DNA of 63,221 nt, counting the filler, from Diploschistes diacapsis (lineage: Eukaryota), in NCBI GenBank assembly GCA_023645945.1. It is 12 parts of 12 records of this genome, joined end to end, with 100 filler letters (N's around TTAATTAATTAA, not from the genome) between each part and the next. Parts side by side here need not be neighbours in the genome. Positions count along the whole stretch, not along the records: positions 1 to 22,833 come from JALAIB010000275.1; 11 more parts are not named here. The stretch is one strand, 5' to 3'. Shown here one piece after another: positions 1 to 12,202 of the stretch (position 1 is its first letter; each line of letters starts with the position of its first letter). The translations under genes were made by a program, and so were the position numbers. Below the pieces are notes generated by a model. It did no database searches. It saw only the letters and a list, made by a program, of their open reading frames with translations, and was not told the origin of the DNA.

Positions 1-2702
1 AAACTATAGTCGAAGCTCGTATCCATCATAAACTCCGGCATCTCCCCCTCCCCCCACATGACCTGCTGCCAAAACGCATTCAGCTCGTCCTGCGTCATGA
101 ACGTCGCGTGCGGCCCGTGGTGGTGATGCATCTTGGCCGCCTCCGCCATCGCATGCTGGTGCTGGTGCTGGTGCTGCTGATGGTCGTCGCCGTCGTGGTG
201 GTGGTGGTGGTGGTGCGTGAGCGCCAGCACGCTCTCGCCGCTCGACGTCGTCGTCATCGTCATCGGGCCCCGCGCGTCCAGCGCGCTCGGCTGGGCCCCG
301 CCCATGCCCGGAGCCAGCACGCCGATGCTGGCGGCGCTGTTGCTGTGGCTGTGGCCGATCATTGGCGACGCCGCGGGCGCGGACGAGGACATGGATGCGG
401 ACAGGGACGCGGGAGTGTTGGTGGTGGCCCAGAGGCCGTGCGGGTGCTCCATGGCGCCGCCTGAGAAGCGGATGGCGCTGGTGGGGGCCGAGGATTGGAC
501 GAGCTGCGTGTCGATGCTGAGTTGTGGTGGGAGGCTGCTGGGGAGGCTGCTGGAGTGCATGTGCGGGGTGTGCGTCGTCGTCGTCGTTGTTGGGGGCATG
601 GAAATCGCGCTTGTGCTCGTGTTCGGCCTCGGCCTCGGGCTCGGGCTCGTGCCGACCAGGTCCAGCATCGAGCGGCTGTGGCTGTAGATCTTGATGATGA
701 AGTTGCGCGTCTTGCGCGCCGTCACGGACCACTGGGCCATTTGTCCCAGCAGCGCGATGACCTGCTCGATCTTGGCTTGCGCTTCCCGCACTTCGTGGAG
801 ATTGCCCCGGTTGAACTCGGCGAAGAGGGTCACGATGGGGACCATGGAGGCTTGGAAGAGGAGCCACACGGCGTTCCAGCCCGAGATTTGGGTTTCTTTC
901 CATTGCGCGCCAATGTCTTGGATGGAGTCGGCGGCGATGCGGCGACAATTGGCTACCGATCTGACTTCGTCTTCGGAAGCCCCGTCGTTCTGATCGAGAC
1001 TGGAGCGGAGGGCGTTGTTCAGGAGAAGAGGGCGGTACAGCACCAGCCGAAGGTTGTGGAAGCGCCAGCACATCACGGCGCGGGGAGTCACGGCTCGCCG
1101 CGGACAGCTGGCCGACGCATGAAACATGGGTGGCAGGCTGTTTCGCCAGTGATGCAGTTCCAGATCGAACCGTTTCGTCTCTTCTGGCGAGAGTAGCGGT
1201 GTTTCGGCGAGTCGGTCTTGGATGCGGGTGGCGATCTTGCAAAAGGAAACTTCGTAGTTCAAGATCGTTACAAAGGCGTCGTCGTCCCCCATCGAGCCCG
1301 GCCTTGACATGTCCGGACGGTCGCCGAGGTAGGAAGGCGGAAGCACGGTGATTGCTGGACTGATCCTCCCGAAAGAAGGTCGTCCCTGCGTCGTCGTTGC
1401 CCATGTGTCCATGCAGAACAGGGACCACCAAGTTCGCCGTCGCGTTTCCCGCGGTATCAGCATCGCCCTTCTCACAAAATCCGGCCGCGATTCCGAAGGT
1501 CCGTCGAGGTATTCGCGGTGGAGCCCCAAGGCGCACGCCATTCTCATGGCCGCACCCATAAGCGCATTCGCCATGTTCGGCCGGCTCTCGTAGTGTAGGT
1601 AGAGCCCCCCCATGAGACCCAAAGCCTGCACGCCTTCGATCTGCCCGTTGCCAAACATATCCAGGTCGATGCAAGCCTTCGCCTTGTCGTAATGTAGCAG
1701 ATGGGAGTTGTCCTCTGCGTTCGAGCCGGCAATGGTGCCAAGGGCGAAGACCATGTACAGCAATGCAAGCCACGAAGCATCCCTTCTTTCGCCCGCCGAA
1801 AACCGCACACGGAACCGAGTCTCGTCGATCATGGGTATCAGGGGGTGAACGTGGTAGAAGTATGCGTCTACCATCTGGCCTTCGCTTAGAACGGGGCTGG
1901 AAATGGCTTCGGGACTCTCTTCGACGGCTTCCGTCCGCCGCGGAGAGTTGAATCCCGAGCTGTGTGCCGTCTGCAGGGGATCGCCCAGCATTACCGCCTC
2001 GAGGTCCTGGTTGATCTTCGAGATGACCCTCAACGCTGCGGCTACGGACGAGACGCCGAGGTAAGAGGACTGTCGGCCGACGCTCATCGACAGCGCGTTA
2101 ACGTCGTCCGAGATTGTGGGAATGCCATTGGGTCCGGTCCTGGACTCGTTCCAGGTGGCATAAGGAACGGACTCCTGCTCGAGCGCTTCGAGATGAGCGC
2201 CGCTGTCGTCGCTCTTGATGCGACTCGTGCCTGAATCCTCCGAGATCGCTGGCGGCGACTGCGAGTCTCGCTCGAGCTCCATTCGTCCGCAGGAGGAGTT
2301 GATGAGCTCGAGCAGTTCCGACCTTGGTAGGTCTCCGAGCCGGCTGACGGATACATTGGGGAAGAGCTCCTGAATCACCCTCTGGGACTGCTTCAGGGAT
2401 GCGCTCAGCTCCTCGAGGAGCTTCTGCGATGGCACGATCCGTGGCTGCTTCTTGGAATACTTGCACAGCTTCGGGTGCTTGTACCACTCGCAATGGCTAC
2501 AGGGCAGCTTGCCATCGCAGCGGATCTTGCGGCGCCTGCATTCTTCGCAAGCGTGCGTCGTTGACGACTGTCGACGCGTCTTGGCCGGATTGCGAGATGC
2601 GGCGTCGTTGGCACTCGCCAGGTTTTGCGTAGCTTGAAATGTCGAAAACTGACAAGCTTAATCAGCATATAGGAATGAGGCCAAGGATAGGAGACGAACC
2701 AT
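1..2702 (-). CDS. clrB: Zn(II)2Cys6 fungal transcription factor, ClrB/ManR-like; 3' end runs off the window
   Basis: ATG at 2702, then a GTTCGT...GCTGAT...CAG intron (~2650-2699). Manual translation gives MFSTFQ...ACEECRRRKIRCDGKLPCSHCEWYKHPKLCKYSKKQPRIVPSQKL (Zn2Cys6) and a Fungal_trans region (DAYFYHVHPLIPMIDE...WLALLYMVFALG). It ends in a His/Gln-rich tail and FWQQVMW. This frame is absent from the ORF track, consistent with no stop before position 1. ClrB resemblance is from recalled sequence. Confidence 0.85.
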
Positions 2703-4155
2703 TGCGGTCAGCCTCAGGCCTTCCTTTCTTGCAATATCAAATGATGTATATCGGGCTGCACTACCTTGACATCATATATAGTTCTTCTTAGCCGCTACTG
2801 CGAAAAAGCTCGCTGCAACAGACGAATGAAAATTTCCTGGTCGAAGAGTCTTTTGGGATTGGAAGGGGGGTGGGTGGGGGGGAGAAGCGAGCCAAATCTT
2901 ATATCGAAAGAGGACATACCCGACGACATTATCGATAAGAAGAAGCAAGACGGCGGCACATCAAGGGCGCTATCGATCGAAGGGGAGATGGGATGGTGAA
3001 CAGCAACGATCTAACACGGGAGGGTAGAGTAAGAGCCAGAGTGTGTATCAGGTTTTCCATCTGATGCGGGGCGAAGTTCTAGAAGGGCGGTGGTGATTGT
3101 TTGAGAAATATTACTGCCCACACACACAGAGCCTGATAAATTCCCACCATACACGTACCTACACTTACCACATGCTTGTTGCCTTTTTTGCTTATGACCC
3201 GACACCGCGGTCTGGCAAGGAAACTTTGTCGTTGCAGCCCCAAAGTGCTCATCATGTTTCTAAATTGCTCGTGTTTCTTGCATGCATGCATAGACTATTA
3301 TGATCATCGTCCAGGATCAACAAGCACGGCAAAAGCTCGGCGAAAGGGACACGGGCTCTGATTACCCAGGTGATAGATAGGATGGGGTAAACAAGATTAA
3401 AACATTGGCGTTCTACAGCGAGTCTGCACACGGCTTCTTTCTTCTACTGTTGTACAAAGAATTTTCTCGAAGGAAAAACGTACCCCATACTTCGTACATT
3501 CCGGTCGCTGATCCTAGAACCCCCGAAACGCAGAGGCCATCCGGTTCCCATATACGATCCCAAAACTGCCGGCATAATCGTCATAGGAGCCTTTTCCATG
3601 AAGTTACGGTCGACGAGAGGTTGGGCTAGTACTCTCTCCCTGCGGGCAGTGACGATCACTGCATAGCATCTTGAAGCAAGGGCCATGAAACAAATAGTTG
3701 GCCACATTTGCGTCAATACACGGTCAAGAGATGGGCAGGTAGGTGGGTAATAGGCGCCGTGCCGCCCCTATACATCCAGAGCAACGTCCGAGGCTGCCGC
3801 AGCGTTATTCTGCATACATTTCTAGTCACACAGGCATAATAGGGCATTGCATGGGGGCTCGTGGAATTTGTGGTCGATACGTGCGTTACAGAGCATACAA
3901 TATGTAGCTAGTTGAGGGATCTGTGGACGTCTATAGCCGCACCAAGCAGGAGCCGCGGTGACCGGCGCAACCCAGCCCAATTTGGGGTTTCTGGCCCGCA
4001 CCTCCTTCACCTTCTTTACCGTCCATGAGCTGTACCATCTCCACACCCTCATGCCCAATTTCGCTAGATAAGAGCAGCCCCTGCACTGCCCCTGTTTGAT
4101 CACCGTACAGCGCAGCATGGAGCGCACGGATGTTGCGCGCACACGCTCGCGCGCG

Positions 4156-4183
4156 AGAGAGAGAGAAAGAGGGAGAGAGAGAG
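4156..4183. repeat. (GA)n-type microsatellite
   Basis: Interrupted GA run gagagagagaaagagggagagagaga, just downstream of the GPI-protein gene. Confidence 0.8.
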
Positions 4184-4272
4184 ATAAGCTCGAAAACCTG
4201 TATTCAACAATTGCAATCATCCAGAATGCACGTAGTAAACCATCCGCTTACCTTTTCTGGCAACTGCCCCGC

Positions 4273-5227
4273 CTATAGAATTGCCATACCCACGATACCC
4301 GCGGCCGCAGCAACGGCGCTGAGGACCACGTGAGCGCCTGCAGTGGGCGCAGCAAGTCCAGATGATCTAGAGCTCGAGCCAGAGGTGGACGTCGACGAAG
4401 GTGAAGTAAAGGACCCGGCAGATGAGGCGCCACTGGTGGTCGCCGTGGAGACTGAGTTTGAAGTGGAACCACCCGTATTGCTGCTGCTGCTGCTACTACT
4501 ACTGCTGCTGCCCCTGCTACTAGCGGTTGACGTTGCCATTGTCGTAGGCATGTCCATACCGCTTCCAGTAAGTGCGGCACTGGCAGAGGCTGGCGTCAGC
4601 TGAGCGGTGAAGGAGGACAGGGCTGCAGAGTTGGTCAGGTCGTTGGATAGATTTGGTGCGAACGCGGAGAAAGCCGCGCTGTCATAGCCGTCCGCCGCTG
4701 ATGCGTAGGCCATGATGGAGGAAGACGCCGGGTTGCCGGACAGGAGCGACTGGAGCTGTGACAAGTCCTCGGGGGTGAAGGTCGGATTGGAGAGCAGGCC
4801 CTCGATGCTGCTCAGTTGCTGGTCGTCGAGGGTTTGAGTCGGATTGCTGTTCAGCAACTCGTAGGGGCTTACGCTGAGGATGAACGGCACGGGGTGGTCA
4901 GCCATGTAGCTGCCCATAAACTGCTCGAAGTCGGCTTGGATCCAAAAGGCCTGGATAAGCGTCAGTCGGCAATAATACGTGATGATGCAGCAGCGGGCGC
5001 GCAAAGGTCCATACTTGATCAGGGCTGACACTGGTTACGCTAGGGGCAATGGCCTGCAGGATCAGAGAAACGTCCGGATAAGCAGTTATGGCGTTTGCTG
5101 TGGCAGCAAGCGTCGTCGATGCTGCACCCGGGAGGTTGCTATACTGGCTGTTGGAACCACCACTTTGCGCAACCGAGTTTGAAACACAGGCTCCGAGTAG
5201 CGCAATGGCGGTGAAGAGAGCGTACAT
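4273..5227 (-). CDS. Secreted Ser/Thr-rich, probably GPI-anchored cell-surface protein
   Basis: Signal peptide MYALFTAIALLGACVSNSVA. An intron at 4951-5014 (GTATGG...CTGAC...CAG) joins the two ORFs in frame. Ser/Thr-rich stalk and C-terminal GPI signal SSGLAAPTAGAHVVLSAVAAAAGIVGMAIL. Confidence 0.85.
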
Positions 5228-5862
5228 TTTGATAAAGACAAGACGGTAGACTAGTAGATGAGGGTTGGAAGCGAAAACGAGTTACAGAACGAAGGGACGG
5301 CTAAACGCGCAAAGACGTTTTTGCCAAATAGGAATTACTATTAGAAAGAGATATTGTAGTTGCACAATGGACTCAGGAAACAACGGGCTGAAAGAAAAGT
5401 TATAACAAACAGTAAGGCAGTTGTTACGACCAGACCTACCATGAGGCCATACCGAGCTAGGCACCCAGCTGAGAGAGTGCCGGCAGAGGGCAATTTCCAC
5501 AGCAAGACCCAAAACAGGCGAGTAGGTTTGTCATCCAATGGCCCATGGGCACAGCGTGGCATCGGCATCAAGGAGTCAAGGATCCAAGGAGGGGAGTAGT
5601 AGTAGTTTTACCACCAAAAACAGAAAAAAGGAGCGTGGCTAACAGCCGAAACTAGAACTACCACCACCAATGGTGTGCTGTACCAAAACAGTAGATTCCT
5701 TTAAGTCTCCCCCGTCGTCAAGTCGCCAAGTGCATCCAGAGCTGAAACGCGATGTACTGCCTCTATAGTATTTATCGTCTCGGATGTAGTTGTGGCCAGT
5801 GGTTCAATCTTGCAACATCCTGCACTTCTTCGGGAGACAAGAGACGAGAGAAGAGAGTGTTC

Positions 5863-5897
5863 TCCGAGTTCCGAGTTCCGAGTTCCGAGGTCCGCGG
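5863..5897. repeat. 7-bp tandem repeat (TCCGAGT) x~5
   Basis: tccgagt tccgagt tccgagt tccgagg tccgcgg, about 640 bp upstream of the GPI-protein ATG. Confidence 0.85.
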
Positions 5898-6434
5898 TCT
5901 CACAGCTGAAGAAATGCTGTGTGCTGGCTGGACACTAGTCTCTCTTGGGTAAGGCTTAAGACTCCATCGGGAAATTTGATCTTGGCACACGTGGGGAGGG
6001 GGAAATTGTACTGCAACTGATTGTTTTTCTTGTTGGTAGCTTTTCGGGCGATGGCAACATCTCTGACCTTGTCCAGGCTCGTGCCTAATTCACTGGACTG
6101 GGGAGTTTTGAAAACGGTTGAGTAGGTGGCAAGGAAGGCAGGAAGATAGTTTCTTGTAGGGCTCACGCTCAAACAGTTGAATCCTGAGGCAGGCAGCCCA
6201 GCCTCATCGAGAACAATGTGCACACCAGACACCTCTTCCAAACTATTCTTAGTATCGCCCTGCGTCGTGGTCATGCCAAGCAAAGTAGGTATCAACCAAT
6301 CATAAGCCCATGCTCGCATGCATGCATGCATGCGAGAAACGTAAAGACCTTGTAAGCATGACCACCCCACGTCAAATGTACCATCCATCCCACCGTCCCA
6401 CCACCCCCCTCTCCTTTATATACTACACCGCCGC

Positions 6435-8338
6435 TCAATATGTCTCCCCAATATCCTTCAACGGCTTCCTCCGCTCCGGCGGTCCCATGTCCCCAATCTT
6501 ATCCAAACCGGCGCTCGTCCGCCTGCCCGCACCTGCGCCCGTGCCCGCCCCGCTCCTTCTCCTCGACGGCATCGGTATGGCGGTACCGACTTCCTTGCCG
6601 GAAATGCTCGTCCTGAAGGAAGGCGTCGGCGTGGAAACCTCTTCGTCGCCGCTGGGACTCTCTTCGAACCCGTAGTTGCTGAGCCGGCTGGTGCTGCGCG
6701 AGTGACCGTGCACCGACGAGTAGCCCATCGAAGACTGGGGTCGCGCAATGCGCTCCGCTTGCGTCGGATAGTGGCCGATGGGCGTCCGCGTCGACTGCCT
6801 GCTCGAAGGTCGGGAGTTCCCTGCGATACCGCTGGGAAGATGCGACATGGACTGTCGTGACGAAAGCGATGCTCGGGACAAAGGACGACCCATGCCGCCT
6901 GGCTCTCGCGAGGGCGTGGGGGGTGGAAGCCCGAACGAGAGCCGGCTGCTCGGTCTGGCAGGTGGATCTTGACCGTCTTCGCGCATGCTTGTTGGGGCCG
7001 CTATGCCGGTTGAGAGTCGGCTGCTGGGCCTGGCGGGAAGATCGCGACGGTCTTCACGAGCTGGCGTAGTGCCTGCCCCGCCGCTATTGCTGGCACTCGT
7101 TCGTTTGCGGGAGCTTCGGACCGTGACTGTCGAGGGGATGTGGGATTGGTTCAGCGCGGAGCCTGGCCGTGGAGAGGCTCGGGGTGGGCTAGAGGTCGGT
7201 GCGGGTAGTCTCGATCGCGCCGAGTGCACCCGTTGCTCCAGTTTCTGCATCTTGCCGATCAGACCACGTATCTGGGTAAGAGAGGTTGAACTTGGTAACG
7301 TTGATGGCTCGGCACGGTTGAGCGTCGCTCTTCGTGAGACCGGAGTAACGAGACCGCCGTTGGCTGTCGAGGAGGGTCTGCGGCTGTGCTGTGGCATACG
7401 GGCAGAGTAGTGGAGTGGCCGCGGGGTAATGGAATTTATGAGTGATTGCCTGGGCTTACCGCTTTGCGCAGGAGTAACAGTCGAAGATGGTAAAGATTTG
7501 TCGGATGTTGGAGGAGACGGCGGTGTCTGTGTATCCGAAGCTGCTGAAGAAACGGACTTCGTTGGTGGGGTCGCAACAGTAGGGGAAGGTGGTGTTGTAC
7601 CGATAGGAGAGTGTTCTGATGCTGCTGTGCGGGGCCTGGGAAGAGTCACTGCTGGAGGGAGATGCGCTCGTTCTGCCATGGCCTCGGCGTTTCGTAGCTT
7701 CTCCTGCCTGATCTCTGCTTCGACCTTCAGGTCTGACAGCTCGTCACGCAACCTCTGATTCTCGATTCTCAGCTCCTCCCTCTCCTTTTCTCCTGACTTG
7801 ACTTCCTCTTCCATCATTATGCTGCGCTCTATTGCAATATTGAACTTGGATTCCATATCCTCCAACGATGACGTTGTATTCCTCGCCTGCCGCTCAAAAT
7901 CGTCATTTGCGACCTCGACATCGCGCAGCTTCAGTTGCAGGTTCCTATTGGTGTCACGTAGAGTCGTAATCTCCTTCTGTAAATTGTTCTGGGCGGTATT
8001 CGCTTCAGCTTTAGACTGCTTGCACTTGGACTATTAAAGTTTAGCAGTTACTCCTCTACTAAAAGCGCTTGGTCAACGCTTACTTTCCATTCATCAACTT
8101 CATATCCGAGCGATTCGACCTTTTCGCGCAGTTGTCGCTCCCTCTTCTCTGCTTCTTCGACGTCCCTTTCAAGCTCAGTCTCCAGTTCTCGGCTCGAGGC
8201 TTGAAACTCCGCCAGCTCGGATTCAAGCTGTTCGTACTGCGCCTTGTAGAAAGTCAACGCTTCATCCTTGGATGCTGACGAGTGCAATGCACCACCAAGC
8301 GGCGATGATGCGACTATTGGATCATCCACCTCTCCCAT
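6435..8338 (-). CDS. nudE: Nuclear distribution protein NudE/RO11 (dynein regulator)
   Basis: Coiled coil YKAQYEQLESELAEFQASSRELETELERD, EDMESKFNIAIER, and NUDE_C motif SLTQIRGLIGKMQKLEQRVHSARSRLPAP. Intron 8031-8083 (GTAAGC...CTAAA...TAG). Confidence 0.95.
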
Positions 8339-8937
8339 CTTGATTCCTGTCGTAATTGTGCGCTGTGGCCGTCGTGTAGTGGGTAGATTAACTTCCGTCA
8401 CTGGCTGTACTTATGGTCTAAGTTTGTAGTCCCCAAGTGGATGTCGGATGGTGCCACAATTCCTCAGACAAGAATGTGATCTTAGGATTAGGGGGTAGGT
8501 GCTGGGTTGCGGTAATGTGAATGATGCGACAAGGATTGCAAAGTAGTGGCTGATGCTGCAATATGCGATAGTCCTGGGGTAATGCCGATGTAGTTATGGT
8601 TCCTCCCGGTTACTGGTCCTTCTTTTATTATCATCAAATACCCTACTCCTGCTGTTAGGTTAGTGACTGCTGTACTTGTGTGTAAATGGAATGCAGTTCT
8701 GATCAACTGTTGTTGTCTACCCTAAACAGGTAAACCGCGCTAACGGTTCAGGGTACTTGGCACGTGCCTACGTAACGCAGGGCGACCGTGTAAAACTTTG
8801 AAATCTAAAATCACCTGGATCAACACTGATCTTTTTCTCTTAGGGTTGTGTCACAGTTAATCGTCGAGAGGATCACCAAAGTTAGAAAAATCATGCGATC
8901 TGGCATAGCCTGCAGGTAGCCTTCCTAGTGTTCATAG

Positions 8938-9681
8938 ATGGCTCCATCAGGGTATGAAGACATTGTTAAGTAACAATGAACGTACCGTATACGGACCTGC
9001 TGAGGATCCTACAGTATATTCTTTATACCGCCAATCCCCAATGCTGCCCCCATTGATATTCCAATAATCAAACTCACTGCAAATTTGAAGAGACTGTACA
9101 GTCTCGAGCAACTTCCGCAATGGGGTCTCAAGCATCACCTCTTCCGGCAAGCAATGCACGGCGCTACAGCTGATAAATCCAAAGGGTTTTCTACACAATA
9201 TCTACAAATCCTAAGCCAATCGTTTAGACCTGGGAGCACGCGTGTCGCCATCACAAAGACACATAGTGCTACCCTTGCTGGTGGCGAAACATCATCAGAG
9301 CCAGCTGTCATTGTAGCAGTTCCAGCCACTGCGGGTGACGATTTCCTTCAACTAGTCTATACGCGCTTTGGGCCACTTTGGACGGCTAGGAGCATGATGA
9401 CTGTTAGCAATGGTCAGGCTTTTGGAGTTGGTGATATCACCATCCGATACGGTGAGCTTAAGCTGGGACAAGGTAGCACGCAGCAGACCAAGGGCACCGT
9501 TGTCGAGGTGGAATGGATGGGAGGATCGGACGATGACTGGGAAACAGCTGAGGCTGTGATTCAGGGATTCTGGAACGATCTGAACGTGAAAGGAGCAAAG
9601 AGTTTTGTGCGAGTTCCAGAGGTCGAGACAGATGTTCCAAACTCAAGACAGTGGTTCAATGCTCTAAGACTACGAGCTTGA
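8938..9681 (+). CDS. MED20: Mediator complex subunit 20 (Med20/Srb2)
   Basis: Exon 1 ATGGCTCCATCAGG and intron 8952-9014 give MAPSGIFFIPP. Conserved FGPLWTARS..V.NGQAFGVGDITIRYGELK...KGTVVEVEW. Confidence 0.8.
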
Positions 9682-9956
9682 CGCTCGGCCCGAATGTTCT
9701 AACGCGAGATAGAACCCGTGATCTTGGACGTGTATGAAATTTTGTTGATGATTGATTAGAGGGTGGCTGCCTTATAGGTAGTTCGATAATCTGTCATAAT
9801 ACGTCTCAGCAGAACCATATGGGAAGAGCAGCACACATCAAAACTGTACGCAGGCATCGCGTCATTCACTCTCTGATCGTCCTTGACCACGTTACCAATG
9901 GTATAGCATCATTACAACCTTTAGTCATCAACGACACGTTTCCCAACCCCTGACCG

Positions 9957-10704
9957 CTACTTCTGCATCATCAATTGGACGAACTCGTTGTCTGTACATT
10001 ACATTAGTGAGAAAGCTTCGAGCATTGGCCCATACGCGACTTACAGTCGATTCGTCCGTCGCCATCTTGATCTGCCTCACGAATCATCTCATCAACCTCG
10101 TCATCAGTCAACTTCTCTCCGATGGACGTCATGACATGGCGAAGTTCAGCCGCAGAAATAAATCCGTTGTTGTCGCGGTCAAAGACCTTGAATGCTTCCT
10201 GATAGGCGATCAATATAGCTCCAAGAAATGGCTCGCCATAGGAGTGTACTCTGATCTCGTCTTCCGAGTCGGTATCCTTCATCTTCCTCGCCATCATAGT
10301 CAAGAACTCTGGCGGAACCGTAAGCCTGGGCCCCAACGCAGGGCACCGCACGAGCCTTACCCGGGAAATCGATGGTGCCATTGTTGTCAGCGTCGACCTC
10401 GTTTATCATGTCCTGTAGCTCCGACTCGCTCGGGTTCTGGCCTAGAGACCGCATCACGGTCCCTAGCTCTTTGGTCGTGATTTGTCCATCACCATCTTTG
10501 TCCTGAGTCGTATGAGCAGTCTTGCTTACCCCAGAAGTAAGCATTACTCACGAAGAGAGAGAAGGCCTCCTTGAAATCGGAAACTTGACTTTCGGTAAGT
10601 GAGTCTGCCTGTAAAGACCGTCAGAATCCTATACACAGAAAGGCTTAGGCGCATCGGGAGGACTAAGGAGCGGGGTCCGCGAAAGGAAGGGCCCGTCATA
10701 CCAT
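9957..10704 (-). CDS. cmdA: Calmodulin (6 exons)
   Basis: Spliced: [149 protein letters not shown]. Four EF hands. Confidence 0.98.
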
Positions 10705-11090
10705 ACTGTGCGTTCAAGGCGAAAAAGAAAGAATGAGAAAGGCTATGAATAGATGGCAGAGAAAGGAGGAAACGGTTAAGAGTCAATGAGAATAGTGGCA
10801 AGGCTTCCAAGCGATCAGCTCAGACAGTCAACAAGGCTCAATACTTTCTCCATCTGGTCATCGTGGGGCTGCGTGTTTAACATGGAGTTCTAGCTATTTA
10901 GTGTTAGTCCTGCCAAGACTCGCCAAGTCCACCGGACGTGTAGAGCACGGGGATTTCTCCCCCTGTAACTCTAGAGACATATGGAAACCTTCAAATGCCA
11001 GGACTTCGCATAGTGCATGGACAACTCATAGCCTCGCCTTTTAGCTGGTTCTCTCAACTTTCCCAAGGCCCCTAGGGGCCAGCTTGCAGA

Positions 11091-12202
11091 ATGTGGAGAG
11101 ATAGAACCAATCTGTAGGGACAGCTGGCTCGATACTATATTGACAAAGCAGCTAACAAAACATAACAGCTACATCTCTTACAGGCAATCATATGCCCACC
11201 ATCCCACGAAGAAGTCACGTCTTGGCTCTTCTGCCCTCAATGGCTACTCAAATCATGCCGAATCGGATGAGCGCCGGGGCCTCATGTCCCCAGGCGCATT
11301 CGACAATGACGGCGACGCAGTCATTGAGATGGACCTTCTGCCGCCCAGATGGGTAGACATACAGGACGAGGTGACGGAGAAGCTCAAAGAAATAACGAGA
11401 AGGTCTACGGAGCTGGACAGACTACACCAGAAGCACGTTTTACCCGGCTTCGACGATGAGCACGTAAAAAAACAAGAAGAGGCGGTCATTGAACGAATCA
11501 CACAGGACATCACGAGAGGGTTTCACGAATGTCAAAGAGCCATTACACGAATCGAGTCTATGGTCAAGGACGCGAAGAACTCCGGCAGTGTCAACAAGGG
11601 CGACGAGACCATGGCCCGAAACATCCAGATCTCTCTCGCCGCTCGGGTTCAAGAAGTTAGCGCTGCATTCCGCAAGAAGCAGAGCGCCTACCTCAAAAGT
11701 GCGTCTGAAGCTCCCCAACCTCACTACCCAAGCTAATCTCCTCCCAGAACTCCGTGCTCTGGAAGGCCTAACCTCCCCCCTTCCCGAACGCGCCTCCGCT
11801 CAGAACCCCTACTCAGACCCCTCAATGATCGAGTCCGAAACAGACAAATTCTTCTCCCAGTCCACCATTCAGCAGTCCCAACTTAAGCGCCTTAACACCA
11901 ACAACGACCAGGCCATCGCCCAGCGCGAGCGCGAGATTAACGACATCGCCAAGGGCATCATCGAGCTGTCGGACATCTTCAAGGACCTGCAGACGATGGT
12001 GATAGACCAGGGCACGATGCTGGACAGGATTGATTATAATGTGGAGCACATGGCGGTGGACGTAAAAGCCGCAGATAAGGAGCTGGTTGTTGCGGGGGGT
12101 TATCAGAAAAAGACGACGAGGAGGAAGATTATTATGCTGCTACTCTTGATCATTGTGGGCCTGATAGTTGTGCTGGCTGTGAAGCCGAAGAAGGGGTCAT
12201 AG
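11091..12202 (+). CDS. tlg2: Syntaxin Tlg2 (late Golgi/endosome Qa t-SNARE)
   Basis: N-peptide MWRDRTNLYISYRQSY and LPPRWVD. SNARE motif REREINDIAKGIIELSDIFKDLQTMVIDQGTMLDRIDYNVE and C-terminal TM. Introns 11114-11168 and 11699-11747. Confidence 0.95.

Noticed and set aside
4..1773. 589-aa minus-strand ORF as a separate or overlapping gene
   Set aside because: Shifted frame of the GC3-rich Zn2Cys6 gene. Stops in that frame need T at codon position 3, so long open stretches are expected; no domain is present.
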